A stretch of DNA of 63,461 bases, counting the filler, from Folioceros fuciformis (Eukaryota), in NCBI GenBank assembly GCA_049999805.1. It is 22 parts of 22 records of this genome, joined end to end, with 100 filler letters (N's around TTAATTAATTAA, not from the genome) between each part and the next. Parts side by side here need not be neighbours in the genome. Positions count along the whole stretch, not along the records: positions 47,908 to 49,921 come from JBNGIO010006685.1; positions 50,022 to 53,474 come from JBNGIO010006686.1; positions 53,575 to 58,305 come from JBNGIO010006687.1; positions 58,406 to 62,352 come from JBNGIO010006689.1; 18 more parts are not named here. One strand, given 5' to 3'. Below, piece by piece: positions 48,318 to 61,311 of the stretch (the stretch's first letter is position 1; each line of letters starts with the position of its first letter). Both the position numbers and the translations under genes were made by a program. Under the pieces are notes generated by a model, which was not told where the DNA came from, did no database searches, and worked only from the letters and a program-made list of their open reading frames with translations.

Positions 48318-48750
48318 TAATAAATTGAATAACATGTGTATTATGATACAAGTTGTTAAGTACCATGTCCCATGACAGAATGTTTTTCGTCAGTGGACTC
48401 CGGTGGACTCCAAAAGACAGGACTGTCGCTAGCAACCATTTGTCTAACAACAAGAGGACTACAAACTAACATGTTGATGTCATGTTATCTCCGATGTTTA
48501 AGCCACGTGTAAGGATGAATAAAAGTTTAGCTAAAACTATATAATAAATTGAATAACAGATATATTTTACTACAAGTTGTTAAATACTAAGTCCCACGAC
48601 GAAATGTTTTCCTTAGTTGACTTCAGTAGACAAAATTATTGCTAGCAACTATTCTCTAATGACAAGAGGACCACAAAAATAAATAAAAAACCATGTTATC
48701 TCCGATGTTTTCATCACATGTAAGGATGAACAAAAGTTTAGTTTGAAACT
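48318..48750. repeat. Imperfect tandem duplication of about 220 bp, AT-rich
   Basis: ATAATAAATTGAATAACA..TACAAGTTGTTAA..CATGTTATCTCCGATGTTT..GTAAGGATGAA occurs twice. Confidence 0.8.
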
Positions 48751-49605
48751 AGGAAGAACAGTCATAATTGTAAGAAGGTAGGGAAGAGTAACATTGATGT
48801 GCTATATACACTAGTTATTTCTATGATAGTAAATAGTGTCACCAAGATTATCTACTATCACCAAGTTCTCTTCTTCTATAAAGTTTCCAGAAATTTACAA
48901 ATTTTGATAAAAAAAATAATAGAAATAATAGATTCTAAGGTTAATGCGTACCATGCATGTTGGTTTCTATGACAATACCCATAGTTATAAAGAGCCCCCT
49001 TCTAGTAATGTATTAGTGTAATCTATGTTAGTTATGTTATTTTTTAACACTATTTAATTTTGACAATGTATGAGATATTTTAAAAATAAATCATTACACA
49101 AGCTTAGTTATGGAATGGGTGTCACATATTATGCTTCTCTTCATCAAAAGTGTCGTGGGGTCATTGGGGAAGCGCAACCTTTCCCTATGAGACCCCAAAA
49201 CGTACAATGTTTCCTTCATGTATGAGAACACACCATAATTTTTTTTTAATTTTTAATTTTTTATTCTTTATATATTTTATTATAATTTATTGGGATTGAA
49301 AGTTTCACTTTGTTTGACACGTTGTAGCGGGAGACTACGTACTCCGTCACGGCGATGTTTTAATACCTGTGGATAAACCTTGTGCAGCGGTGGGTGCCGG
49401 TTTATACATCCCATGTTGTCTATCTGTCACTTTTGAAGCGGCGTAGTTACACGGGCTATGCAGTTGCCGAACGTCCAGACTTGTCGCCGACTTGTTGCAT
49501 GGGAAGAGCCATTTAGGGTTTCACTATGCTTTGATTCAGCATTTGAGCGAGGAAGAGATGCCGATTGAAATGACGTGTTGGTGGATTTGGAATTAACAGG
49601 ATGCC

Positions 49606-49921
49606 ATGGAGCCTGTGTTGTTGCTTGCACCAAGCACCAGTGTGGCATTGATGGTGCCAGACGACAAGGGAGCCAAAGATGCATCCTGTGCAGAAGACAG
49701 GAGAGTGTGCGCAACACAAGTGGGCCTGGAACAATCACGGAAAGGCTGTTCTTTCGAGCCTTCTTTGCCAGAAGAAGCAGGCGGTTGGGTGGAGGTGTCA
49801 GCTGATGGGACCGTTTCACAGGAAACTGATGGGACCTTGCGGAAGAAGGTGGCATTCAGCGTGCCTTTGGAGAGTGGCAAGAGTCAGAAGCCCGGGTTCT
49901 GGTCTGTTGTCAGGGACTCGT
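49606..49921 (+). CDS. 5' part of a gene, possibly an oxysterol-binding-protein-related protein
   Basis: Open to the contig end. The terminal KPGFWSVVRDS resembles the OSBP-domain start SLWS.IKD.IG. Confidence 0.35.
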
Positions 49922-50155
49922 NNNNNNNNNNNNNNNNNNNNNNNNNNNNNNNNNNNNNNNNNNNNTTAATTAATTAANNNNNNNNNNNNNNNNNNNNNNN
50001 NNNNNNNNNNNNNNNNNNNNNTTGCGCTCCACGTTCTCCAGCTGAGCATGATGAGTTCTGGTGGTGATACCGCCGCTTTCATAAAACTTAGCTGGTTCTT
50101 GTCCCTTGCATTGTCTGAGCTGCTGGAGCGCTGGATCTCGTGCCTTCTCTTCATC

Positions 50156-50996
50156 ATGTCTTCTGGTTCTGATTCCGATGCTCCCAAGCACCGCCGCCGT
50201 CACAAGCGTGACGCCCTAGGAAGATTTGCGACTAAGACAACTACCAGGAGTGATCAAAATGCTGAGACGAAGGCTTCTTGTAGCAAGCGAGCTGTCGGCA
50301 AGCCGAAGGGGACAACCAAAAAATTCTTGGAGCGGCGCAATGCTGAACTTGCTGCTGGTCAGCAATATATGGACACTCACGAGTCTTCTCCGCCGCCACA
50401 GACTAGATACACCCCTCTGGTCAGAGTTCTGAACCTTGATTTTGCTTACTACGAAGATGGCCCAGCACGGCGTGTGCCTGCGAAGCTCCCAAAGCCAAGG
50501 CACGGCTTCATGAAGACCCATATTGTCACTTGTGGATCACTGGAGCGTCCTTGCTCACCTTTCTGGTATTTGGTGTGGGTCGGTCTTACTGAACTGAAGA
50601 TGCAGCGCGTGAAGGTCGAAGTGTGTGAGAACATCCCTATCCATGTGGTCAGCACGTACAGTAAGTAGTTGCTGCTGTTCTTGCTTGCTGTATCAAGTCC
50701 TTTTGTTGCTGTTATCTTTTGCAGGATTACTTACAATCTTCTTGTTTCTCGGTTTACATACAGAGTCTACTCTCAGACTCAGGGAGGAGGCTAAGAAGGA
50801 AGAAAGGCTGAGAGTTGAAGAAACCCCTCTCAAGAAAAGAGTCCATCCTGGCTTTCCTAGAGATCTGTCACCTGGTGGCTGTCACAACCCTTACCCAATA
50901 GAAGATGAGTCTACTTCCGAATCCCAGCAGTCTGGAGACGAGATAGACTTTGGATGCTCTGCTTATTTTGATGGCTATGAGTCACCGGTGTTTTAG
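50156..50996 (+). CDS. Putative spliced antisense accessory gene of copia D (intron 50661-50763)
   Basis: An A|GTAAGT..CAG|AG splice joins two ORFs in frame. Present in both element copies. Confidence 0.6.
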
Positions 50997-51009
50997 GCTA
51001 GGTTTCTTG

Positions 51010-53474
51010 TTAGATTGTACTGGATGAGAAGGCTTGTGGCTCTCCCATACCAAGACGCTGAATGTGCTTGTTGTGAGCATCTCTGCTCAAAGCCTTTGTA
51101 AGTATGTCTGCCGGGTTTTCTTGAGTTGAGACATACTGAAGTTCAATCTTTCCTTCTGCTACCAGTCCTCTGATGTAATGGTATTCCACCTCCACGTGTT
51201 TCGTTCGTGCATGGAACACTGGATTCTTGGCTAAAGCCATCGAACCTTGGTTGTCGGTTTGTGTTGTGGTACAAGTTGGGATCGGGATGCCTAACTCCTT
51301 AAACAGTAGCTTACACCAAACTACCTCTTTTGCTGCTGCAGTCAGTACACGATACTCTGCTTCTGTCGAAGAAAGGGCGACTGTAGGCTGCTTTTTGCTT
51401 GACCAGCAAACTGGCCCTGCAGCAATTGTAATCAGGTAACCAGATACTGATTTTCTGCTATCAATATCACCTGCATAATCAGAGTCAGTAAAGACTTCCA
51501 GGTCCAATGCTTTTCCTTCTTGATACTTGTACGTGATACCTAATCTGGGTGTTCCTTTCAGGTATCTGAACACACGCTTAAGACTTGTCCAATGCTTCAG
51601 TCCTGGATCTTCCAAGAACTGGGAGAGTACACTTGTAGAATAAGCTATTTCAAGTCTCGTCGTGTTACTAGCGTATATAAGCTTGCCAACACCTTGTCTG
51701 TAAGGTACGCCCTTCATCTGTTCTTTCTCATCACGTGTAGTTGATGACATAGCCTTGCTAAGTTTCTGACCTGCTGCCATGGGTGTCGATGCAGGCTTGG
51801 CATCCTTTAAACCTAGCTGTTCAACACAATCAAGAAGGTAACGTGGTTGAGTAAGAGTCATAACCCGTTGTTTTCTATCCCTCTGAATGTGTATTCCAAG
51901 GCAGCTCTGTAAGGGTCCCAAACAGGACATTTTAAACTTAGTGGCCAACACATCTGTAATGCTTGTTATAAAGGCCTGACTGTTACTGGATAGTATCAAA
52001 TTGTCCACGTAGACTGCCAGATAGCATATAACCTCTCCTTTCGAGTATATGTATAGACTGCTGTCTGCCTGGCTCTTTGTGAATCCAAGCTGTAGAAGTT
52101 CTGTATCTAGGGCAACATTCCATTCATAGCTGACTGCTTTAACCCATATATACACTTGATCAGCTTACAGGCATAGTTTGCTTTACCCTTCACTACATAT
52201 CCAGGCGGTTGCTGCATGTATATTTCTGTGTCTAATTTGCCGTATAAGAAAGCTGTTTTGACATCGTACATTTGCAACTCATAATCGTAATGTGTGGATA
52301 TGGCAAGGATAATTCGAAGAGTGGACAACTTGCCTACTGGAGAAAACGTTTCAAGATAGTCCAAGCCAGGGATCGGAGAGAATTCCCTTGCCACCAAACG
52401 AGCCTTGTAACGATCGAAGGTACCATCTGCCTTAACCTTCAGTTTGAAAACCCATTTGCATGAAACTAGCTTTCTTTCTGGAGGTAACTCCACTAGTTCC
52501 CATGTTCCGTTCTCCATTAATGAGTCATACTCTGATTGAATTTCTTTTTCCCATTCTTTGTGATCAGGTCTACGCAACGCCTCTTCATAGGATTGAGGCT
52601 CAATGGGATCAAGAGAAGTGGCAGCATTGACAGTCACATGAGAAGAAGAAGCTCGGAAATCCGGAGCACGGTAGTAGTCAGGAGGTTGTCGCTGGCAGGT
52701 GGGATACCTTCTAACTGGTTCTTCAGCAACTGGAGGGTCAACAAGCTCAGCATCTAAGGTAGGCTCAGTCGGATCAGCAATTGGTTCTGGAGGATGATGG
52801 TCCTGTTGATCCTGATGATTGTCTGGAACATCTTGTTGTGCAGGTTCTACAGCTACATCATCAAAACCTGCTGAATCATCAATATCATCAGCCGGATCTA
52901 CCCCACCCACAGGGGCAACATCCTCAACAGGAACAACTTGAGTGCCATGATCAGTCTGGTCAAAGTGTGAATCTTGAAACGCTGATGCCTCTTCGTCACC
53001 AAGAGGAGGATCCTGGGATACTCCCACTGAGGCCCAAGTGCTACCTTCATCAAAAGTAACGCTCCTAGCATAGATAACTTTATTTTTAGGTATATCATAA
53101 AGTTTATATGCTTTGATGCCCTCTGTATAGCCTAACATCAGAAGTTTTCTAGCCTTGTCTAATAGCTTCTTTCTTTTCTCCTTAGGAACAAAGGCGTATG
53201 CTTTACAACCAAAGATACGCAAGTGAAGTATGGATGGCTTGCGCCCTGTGAACGCTTCATAAGGGGTAAGATCAACTACTGAAGTGGTAGGCAATCTGTT
53301 TTTGAGATAGGTTGATGTCATAATGGCCTCTGCCCAATATGGCAGGGGCAGCTGAGCATGATGTAGGAGAGAAGATGTCATCTCCTGCAACGTAAGATTG
53401 AGCCGCTCAGCCACGCCATTCTGTTGAGGCGTGTAGACAACTGTAAGCTGGCGTCCAATACCCTCAGTTAAACA
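51010..53474 (-). mobile_element. Ty1/copia family D copy 1, INT-RT-RNase H
   Basis: Copia motifs present. 1-nt deletion near 52124 and YVDD changed to YVDN. Confidence 0.96.
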
Positions 53475-53708
53475 NNNNNNNNNNNNNNNNNNNNNNNNNN
53501 NNNNNNNNNNNNNNNNNNTTAATTAATTAANNNNNNNNNNNNNNNNNNNNNNNNNNNNNNNNNNNNNNNNNNNNTTGCGCTCCACGTTCTCCAGCTGAGC
53601 ATGATGAGTTCTGGTGGTGATGCCGCCGCTTGCATAAAACTCAGCTGGTTCTTGTCTCTTGCATTGTCTGAGCTGCTGGAGCGCTGGATCTCATGCCTTC
53701 TCTTCATC

Positions 53709-55827
53709 ATGTCTTCTGGTTCTGATTCCGATGCTCCCAAGCACCGCCGCCGTCACAAGCGTGACGCCCTAGGAAGATTTGCGACTAAGACAACTACCAG
53801 GAGTGATCAAAATGCTGAGACGAAGGCTTCTTGTAGCAAGCGAGCTGTCGGCAAGCCGAAGGGGACAACCAAAAAATTCTTGGAGCGGCGCAATGCTGAA
53901 CTTGCTGCTGGTCAGCAATATATGGACACTCACGAGTCTTCTCCGCCGCCACAGACTGGATACACCCCTCTGGTCAGAGTTCTGAACCTTGATTTTGCTT
54001 ACTACGAAGATGGCCCAGCACGGCGTGTGCCTGCGAAGTTCCCAAAGCCAAGGCACGGCTTCATGAAGACCCATATTGTCACTTGTGGATCACTGGAGCA
54101 TCCTTGCTCACCTTTCTGGTATTTGGTGTGGGTCGGTCTTACTGAACTGAAGATGCAGCGCGTGAAGGTCGAAGTGTGTGAGAACATCCCTATCCATGTG
54201 GTCAGCACGTACAGTAAGTAGTTGCTGCTGTTCTTGCTTGCTGTATCAAGTCCTTTTGTTGCTGTTATCTTTTGCAGGATTACTTACAATCTTCTTGTTT
54301 CTCGGTTTACATACAGAGTCTACTCTCAGACTCAGGGAGGAGGCTAAGAAGGAAGAAAGGCTGAGAGTTGAAGAAACCCCTCTCAAGAAAAGAGTCCATC
54401 CTGGCTTTCCTAGAGATCTGTCACCTGGTGGCTGTCACAACCCTTACCCAATAGAAGATGAGTCTACTTCCGAATCCCAGCAGTCTGGAGACCAGATAGA
54501 CTTTGGATGCTGTGGAGTGAAACTTGCACCCAAGAACCACCAAGGGGCCACACTTCCCCTTATTATCGTTGCAGTCTTATGATTCGCTCCCAAGGGAGTG
54601 AACTAATGTCAAGGTTACCTACATCTCCCTAATCTCACCCTATCTATCAGCATATACCAAGTGCTACAGCAATAGGTCAGAAGCCTCGGTCCTGTCTTCG
54701 GCTCCTACCACAACACCAACCCCAGCCTCAACAAAATGAGAACTCCAGCATTGTCTTCAGCCTTCATTTCCAGTTCCAAGTATCAATCACTTCAGTGCTA
54801 AGAGGAGGCTCCAGCCCCAAGTCTGGCCTCCAACTCTCAGCACCTAGTGCTAGCTACCTCCGCAGCTGAATGAGAACCTCAACTTCAGCTAGCTCCTCAC
54901 TTCAGCTCCAACACTTCATTCCACCACTTCAGCACTTCACTTGAGCACTTCAGTCCTTCACTTCAGCTCAACTCCTCACTTCAACACTTCTACTTCCAAA
55001 ATCTGCAACTCAACCCTTCTCTCCTGCAATTTGGAACACAACAGCCTTCCCTCTTGTAGCCTTCAAGGCAAAGGCGAGGCCTAGGGCTGGGTAGTCTCCT
55101 TGGCTCACGGCCCTGCAACCTCACCTCAGCCAGCATGCAAGGTGGTTAGCCATTGCGGATCCGGCCACACGAATCTTGGCAGTCTTGGGATCCTCCGCGT
55201 TCCCCTAGTGGCAAGGGAAATCAAGACCTTGGTTTAGTCTCAACCAGCTCAGCGCCCTAAGCCAGGAGTTCTGTACCCAAGGTCTAGGGAAATCGCACCG
55301 TAGACAGCCCCCTCCTCAATGGCAGGTCTAGCCTCTTATACTACCTTGGCCCAAACCTCCATCTCTATCTATTAGGGTTAGCCTCAGTCAACCACCCAGC
55401 AATCTCTCTCTGACCTAAGCCGGCCCTAATTTTGACCTAAACCTAACTTTGACCTAACCCTAACTTTGACCCAAACCTAGTTCTGACCTGAAAGGGGTTG
55501 TGTCCCATGGACACCACTGGGTGCCCTTACCAAAATTGACCAACCTCTCAAGACTACCAAAATGGTCAGTGCCTCTTAACCCTCTCCCTCCTCTCTCAAA
55601 TCATTCCATCCCTTCTCTCAGATCATTCCAACAACCCTTCAAAGACACATCTCATCTCACCATTAATCTAGCTACTAATCTTTCCTAATCTTTTAACTAT
55701 TTCACCACAGGGTTCACTTAGAGATTCCCAAAAAGAGAAATCCTACCATTTTCCAAGGACCTATTCAGGATGTGGAGTCCACAGATGCTCTGCTTATTTT
55801 GATGGCTATGAGTCACCGGTGTTTTAG
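53709..55827 (+). pseudogene. Second copy of the antisense gene, exon 2 interrupted by a solo LTR
   Basis: Near-identical to 50156-50996 on both sides of the insertion. Confidence 0.6.
54511..55783. mobile_element. Solo LTR (1,273 bp) with 5-bp TSD GATGC
   Basis: TGTGGA...TCCACA termini. GATGC at 54506-54510 and 55784-55788. The empty site is visible in copy 1 near 50953. Confidence 0.93.
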
Positions 55828-55840
55828 GCTAGGTTTCTTG

Positions 55841-58305
55841 TTAGATTGTACTGGATGAGAAGGCTTGTGCCTCTCCCATACCAAGAGGCTGAATGTGCTT
55901 GTTGAGAGCATCTCTGCTCAAAGCCTTTGTAAGTATGTCTGCCGGGTTTTCTTGAGTTGAGACATATTGAAGTTCAATCTTTCCTTCTGCTACCAGTCCT
56001 CTGATGTAATGGTATTCCACCTCCACGTGTTTCGTTCCTGCATGGAACACTGGATTCTTGGCTAAAGCCATCGAACCTTGGTTGTCGGTTTGTATTGTGG
56101 TACAAGTTGGGATCGGGATGCCTAACTCCTTAAACAGTAGCTTACACCAAACTACCTCTTTTGCTGCTGCAGTCAGTACACGATACTCTGCTTCTGTCGA
56201 AGAAAGAGCGACTGTAGGCTGCTTTTTGCTTGACCAGCAAACTGGCCCTGCAGCAATTGTAATCAGGTAACCAGATACTGATTTTCTGCTATCAATATCA
56301 CCTGCATAATCAGAGTCAGTAAAGACTTCCAGGTCCAATGCTTTTCCTTCTTGATACTTGTACGTGATACCTAATCTGGGTGTACCTTTCAGGTATCTGA
56401 ACACACGCTTAAGACTTGTCCAATGCTCCAGTCCTGGATCTTCCAAGAACTGGGAGAGTACACTTGTAGAATAAGCTATTTCAAGTCTCGTCGTGTTACT
56501 AGCATATATAAGCTTGCCAACACCTTGTCTGTAAGGTCCGCCCTTCATCTGTTCTTTCTCATCACGTCTAGTTGATGACATAGCCTTGCTAAGTTTCTGA
56601 CCTGCTGCCATGGGTGTCGATGCAGGCTTGGCATCCTTTAAACCTAGCTGTTCAACACAATCAAGAAGGTAACGTGGTTGAGTAAGAGTCATAACCCGTT
56701 GTTTTCTATCCCTCTGAATGTGTATTCCAAGGCAGCTCTGTAAGGGTCCCAAACAGGATATCTTAAACTTAGTGGCCAACACATCTGTAATGCTTGTTAT
56801 AAAGGCCTAACTGTTACTGGACAATATCAGATCGTCCACGTAGACTGCCAGATAGCATATAACCTCTCCTTTCGAGTATATGTATAGACTGTTGTCTGCC
56901 TGGCTCTTTGTGAATCCAAGCTATAGAAGTTCTGTATCTAGGGCAGCATTCCATTTCATAGCTGATTGCTTTAACCCATATATACACTTGATCAGCTTAC
57001 AGGCATAGTTTGCTTTACCCTTCACTACATATCCAGGCGGTTGCTGCATGTATATTTCTGTGTCTAATTTGCCGTATAAGAAAGCTGTTTTGACATCGTA
57101 CATTTGCAACTCATAATCGTAATGTGTGGATATGGCAAGGATAATTCAAAGAGTGGACAACTTGACTACTGGAGAAAACGTTTCAAGATAGTCCAAGCCA
57201 GGGATCTGAGAGAATCCCCTTGCCACCAAATGAGCCTTGTAACGATCGAAGGTACCATCTGCCTTAACCTTCAGTTTGAAAACCCATTTACATGAAACTA
57301 GCTTTCTTTCTGGAGGTAACTCCACTAGTTCCCATGTTCCGTTCTCCATTAATGGGTCATACTCTGATTGAATTGCTTTTTCCCATTCTTTGTGATCAGG
57401 TCTACGCAACGCCTCTTCATAGGATTGAGGCTCAATGGGATCAAGAGAAGTGGCAGCATTGACAGTCACATGAGAAGAAGAAGCTCGGAAATCCGGAGCA
57501 CGGTAGTAGTCAGGAGGTTGTCGCTGGCGGGTGGGATACCTTCTAACTGGTTCTTCAGCAACTGGAGGGTCAACAAGCTCAGCATCTAAGGTAGGCTCAG
57601 TCGGATCAGCAATTGGTTCTGGAGGATGATGGTCCTGTTGATCCTGATGATTGTTTGGAACATCTTGTTGTGCAGGTTCTACAGCTACATCATCAAAACC
57701 TGCTGAATCATCAATATCATCAGCCGGATCTACCCCACCCACAGGGGCAACATCCTCAACAGGAACAACTTGAGTGCCATGATCAGTCTGGTCAAAGTGT
57801 GAATCTTGAAACGCTGATGCCTCTTTGTCACCAAGAGGAGGATCCTGGGATACTCCCACTGAAGCCCAAGTGCTACCTTCATCAAAAGTAACGCTCCTAG
57901 CGTAGATAACTTTATTTTTAGGTATATCATAAAGTTTATATGCTTTGATGCCCTCTGTATAGCCTAACATCAGAAGTTTTCTGGCCTTGTCTAATAGCCT
58001 CTTTCTTTTCTCCTTAGGAACAAAGGCGTATGCTTTACAACCAAAGATACGCAAGTGAAGTATGGATGGCTTGCGCCCTATGAACGCTTCATAAGGGGTA
58101 AGATCAACTACTGAAGTGGTAGGCAGTCTGTTTTTGAGATAGGTTGATGTCATAATGGCCTCTGCCCAATATGGCAGGGGCAGCTGAGCATGATGTAGGA
58201 GAGAAGATGTCATCTCCTGCAACGTAAGATTGAGGCGCTCAGCCACGCCATTCTGTTGAGGCGTGTAGACAACTGTAAGCTGGCGTCCAATACCCTCAGT
58301 TAAAC
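55841..58305 (-). mobile_element. Ty1/copia family D copy 2, INT-RT-RNase H
   Basis: Near-identical to copy 1. Private C>T stops near 57146, 56921 and 56807. Confidence 0.96.
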
Positions 58306-58644
58306 NNNNNNNNNNNNNNNNNNNNNNNNNNNNNNNNNNNNNNNNNNNNTTAATTAATTAANNNNNNNNNNNNNNNNNNNNNNNNNNNNNNNNNNNNNNN
58401 NNNNNTCGGAAAGGTCGGGAAGGGTGGAGGAGGGCCAGACGGACCTGGCAAATGTACGTAGCTGCTAGCTGTGCGCTCGCCTCTGCCATCGCCAACCCCG
58501 ATTCTCGAACCCCTTCCATATCCGGTAACCCCTGTCTGCCCGGACTGCTCCGAGTTCTGAGGCAGCTCCAATATCGATCGAGGCATGTCGCATTGCGCGT
58601 CATTGTGTTCGCGAATTTCTGAATGCAGGCGGGACGGGAGCGAC

Positions 58645-61311
58645 ATGGTGCGTTACTTGCTCGCAATCCGGAAAGCCCTAGCCAGCCGTTTCCATTCTGT
58701 TGCTCTCAAAGAAATGCATGCAGCAAATTGTTCTGGTTCCCGCGCTTTGTCGGCACCGCCTCTGCCTCGGTTCCCGCCGCATCCGGTGTCGGCGTCTCGT
58801 TTTCTTTCTGTCAACATCACCGGTTCCCCTGTTGAGCCGCTTCCCGACAGTGATCCGCCTCCCGTCAGCCCTCCGGAAGAGTGTAATCCGCCGGGGAAGG
58901 TGGTACTGGATCCTGATACCGTGGTGGAGAAGTTGCAGCACCCGGTCACGGACATCCGGTTGTTCTTTGGAGCTTTAAGTTCCAGCGCAACGCGCTACCC
59001 CGTAACTGCGATCGATTGGGATCGAGTTCATGCATCCACGGGTTTTGAAAAAGCTCGGCTCATCGAGTTCCACAAGGAGGACATGAACAATGAATCCGAC
59101 GCGATCCGAGCCGTCCAACTGTTCTTTCCGCCAGGCAGGGAATCACGAAGGACATCGCCACCCCTTTCGAGTCTGCAGAAAATCCTCATCAGGTAGTCTA
59201 CCTCCAGCTGATCGCTCCTTACATTTGATGACATCTGAGAAGGGGATATGATTTCATGCCAGGGCCCCTGCCGATGTATGTACATTTCCATTTAGTCATG
59301 CTTAAAGAGTGAAATATCGATGACGGGACTATATGATGACCAGTTTTTGCCTGTGGTGGATGAATCTCCGCTGCTCCAGTGAGCTGGAGCTGGGAAAGCG
59401 TCATGTAGGCAGGGTTTTGTCTGGCAAACTGTGCGTGACACCCATGCGGTTGACTCCCGTTCACACATTGGTGGAAGACGAAACTGGCCGGGCTATCATG
59501 CTCTCCTTGTTTCATATGGTGACCTCTACAGACAGCAAATCAGCCGTCGCGGCTCTGTTCCCGAAAGGTCTGAGGCTGGCAATCAAGGAACCCGAATTCA
59601 GGACGTACAACAATCAGTGCGTCGGCCTTCGTGTGGACAATCCGGTGGACGTTTCTCCACTCGAGCCAGGCGGCGAGAGCGATGTTGAGCTTGAGCTGAT
59701 GCGGAAGACGGCGGACAGATTTCTTGTAGCGGAGCAGTGGAAGGTGGCCATCGATCTATACACCAAGTATTTAAATGCGGGAGGCAAGTTATGGCAATAT
59801 GTGGAGCCTACACGGTGCCAGCTCGCCCTCTCCAACCGAGCGGAAGCGTGGCTCCGCGTCCGGCTGCACGAAAATGCTCTTCGTGATGCTGTTAAGGCCT
59901 TGAGTATAGATCCGCGCCATGAAGCCAGCATGTTCCGTAAGGCCAAGGCTCTTTGCGGGCTGCAACGCTTCTGGGAAGCCGAGACTTGCTTTAAGGAGCT
60001 CGAGCAATTGCCTGGAAGATTTGGGGCCTCTCCACTCTGGCGGAAGGAGGCCTCTGAGGGCCTTGCAGAGGCGAGGACATTCGAGCGGGAGAACCGGTTG
60101 GGAATTTATCCCACTAATGTTTTCTTCAGTCGCTCTCATGGAGTCCGTCCCAAGGGCAGCGACTTTGTTGGGCCTGTAGAGATCAGGCATGTGGAAGGTG
60201 ACAAGAGTATTGGCCGTGGATTATATGTGACTAGGAATGTGCGAGAAGGGGAGCTGCTGCTAGCCAGCAATCCGCTGGCTATAGCAGAGCTCGAGGCTCG
60301 TTCAGACGGGCGCCCAAACCCACAGTTCATATATGGTCCCAAAGGGTACGCTCTAAATACACTTGAGTATAACTTAGTAACAGACGTGATTCAGCTCGCA
60401 ATCGGTTTTTGCTACTGCTCTACAGTCTTACAGACGGCACTGACCACCCACCGGTGCCTGAAATGACACTTTTCAAGCCTGCTGAAGGACCCGGAGCAGC
60501 ACACCCCGGTTCGGGGCAGGAAGACTGGTCACCTCCGATCGATGTGGCTCGAATCAATCGTATTGTGAGGACCAATTGGTTCGAAAACCTTCAAGGAACC
60601 GAACCCCAAGCCCAACCACTGCGTGGTCTGTGGCTGCTGCCTTCGTTCCTCAACCACTCATGCGTTCCCAATGCCGCTTGGATGCCCGAGGGCGATCTCA
60701 TGTTTGTGCGGGCGATTCGTAACATTTCCGCGGGATCAGAGGCGACAGTGAGTTATATGTATATCAACAAGCCGGAGCAGGAGAGGGCCAAGATCCTGAG
60801 CATGTGCGGCTTTCGTTGCTCCTGTCCTAGGTGCTCTTTCGAGCGGAACATGGTTGACCGATTTCCGGTCCTCAAAAGGCTTGCGAGAGAGAGCCTCGGC
60901 AGCGTTGAGCATGACTGGAGCATGAACACTCCCGAACCCGAAGCTGCCGAGATTGTGTCAAGACTAGAAGAGATTCTAGAGCAATTAGGACCACAGCACG
61001 CGGAGGAGAAGGACTGGCTTAGAGCTTCGTACTTGGGCTGCTACTGGAACAGCCACCTGACACGAAATACGCCTCAATCGGTCACCTACATGATCCAACT
61101 TATCGGCCGTATGACTCCTTCACTGCCACTCTTGCAGCAGGTTGCGGGGCCGATGCACGACAGGACATAGCATCATCCTCACTTCACGAAGATGAGGTTG
61201 GCTGATCTTGCTATGAGAATGTGTAAACGCTTGTACGGACCACATCAAGAGGCCACCTACAAGGAGTTGATAGAAGCAGTCCGTCACGCCAAGCTCTCCG
61301 GACCTACATAG
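58645..61311 (+). pseudogene. TPR + SET-domain protein, frameshifted (intron 59193-59379)
   Basis: VEDETG..LSLF..IKEP..LRVDNPVD, TPR motif ALSNRAEAWL, SET motifs GRGLYVT, SFLNHSCVPNA, VSY and GFRCSCPRC. Frame breaks near 60405 and 61170. Confidence 0.8.
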
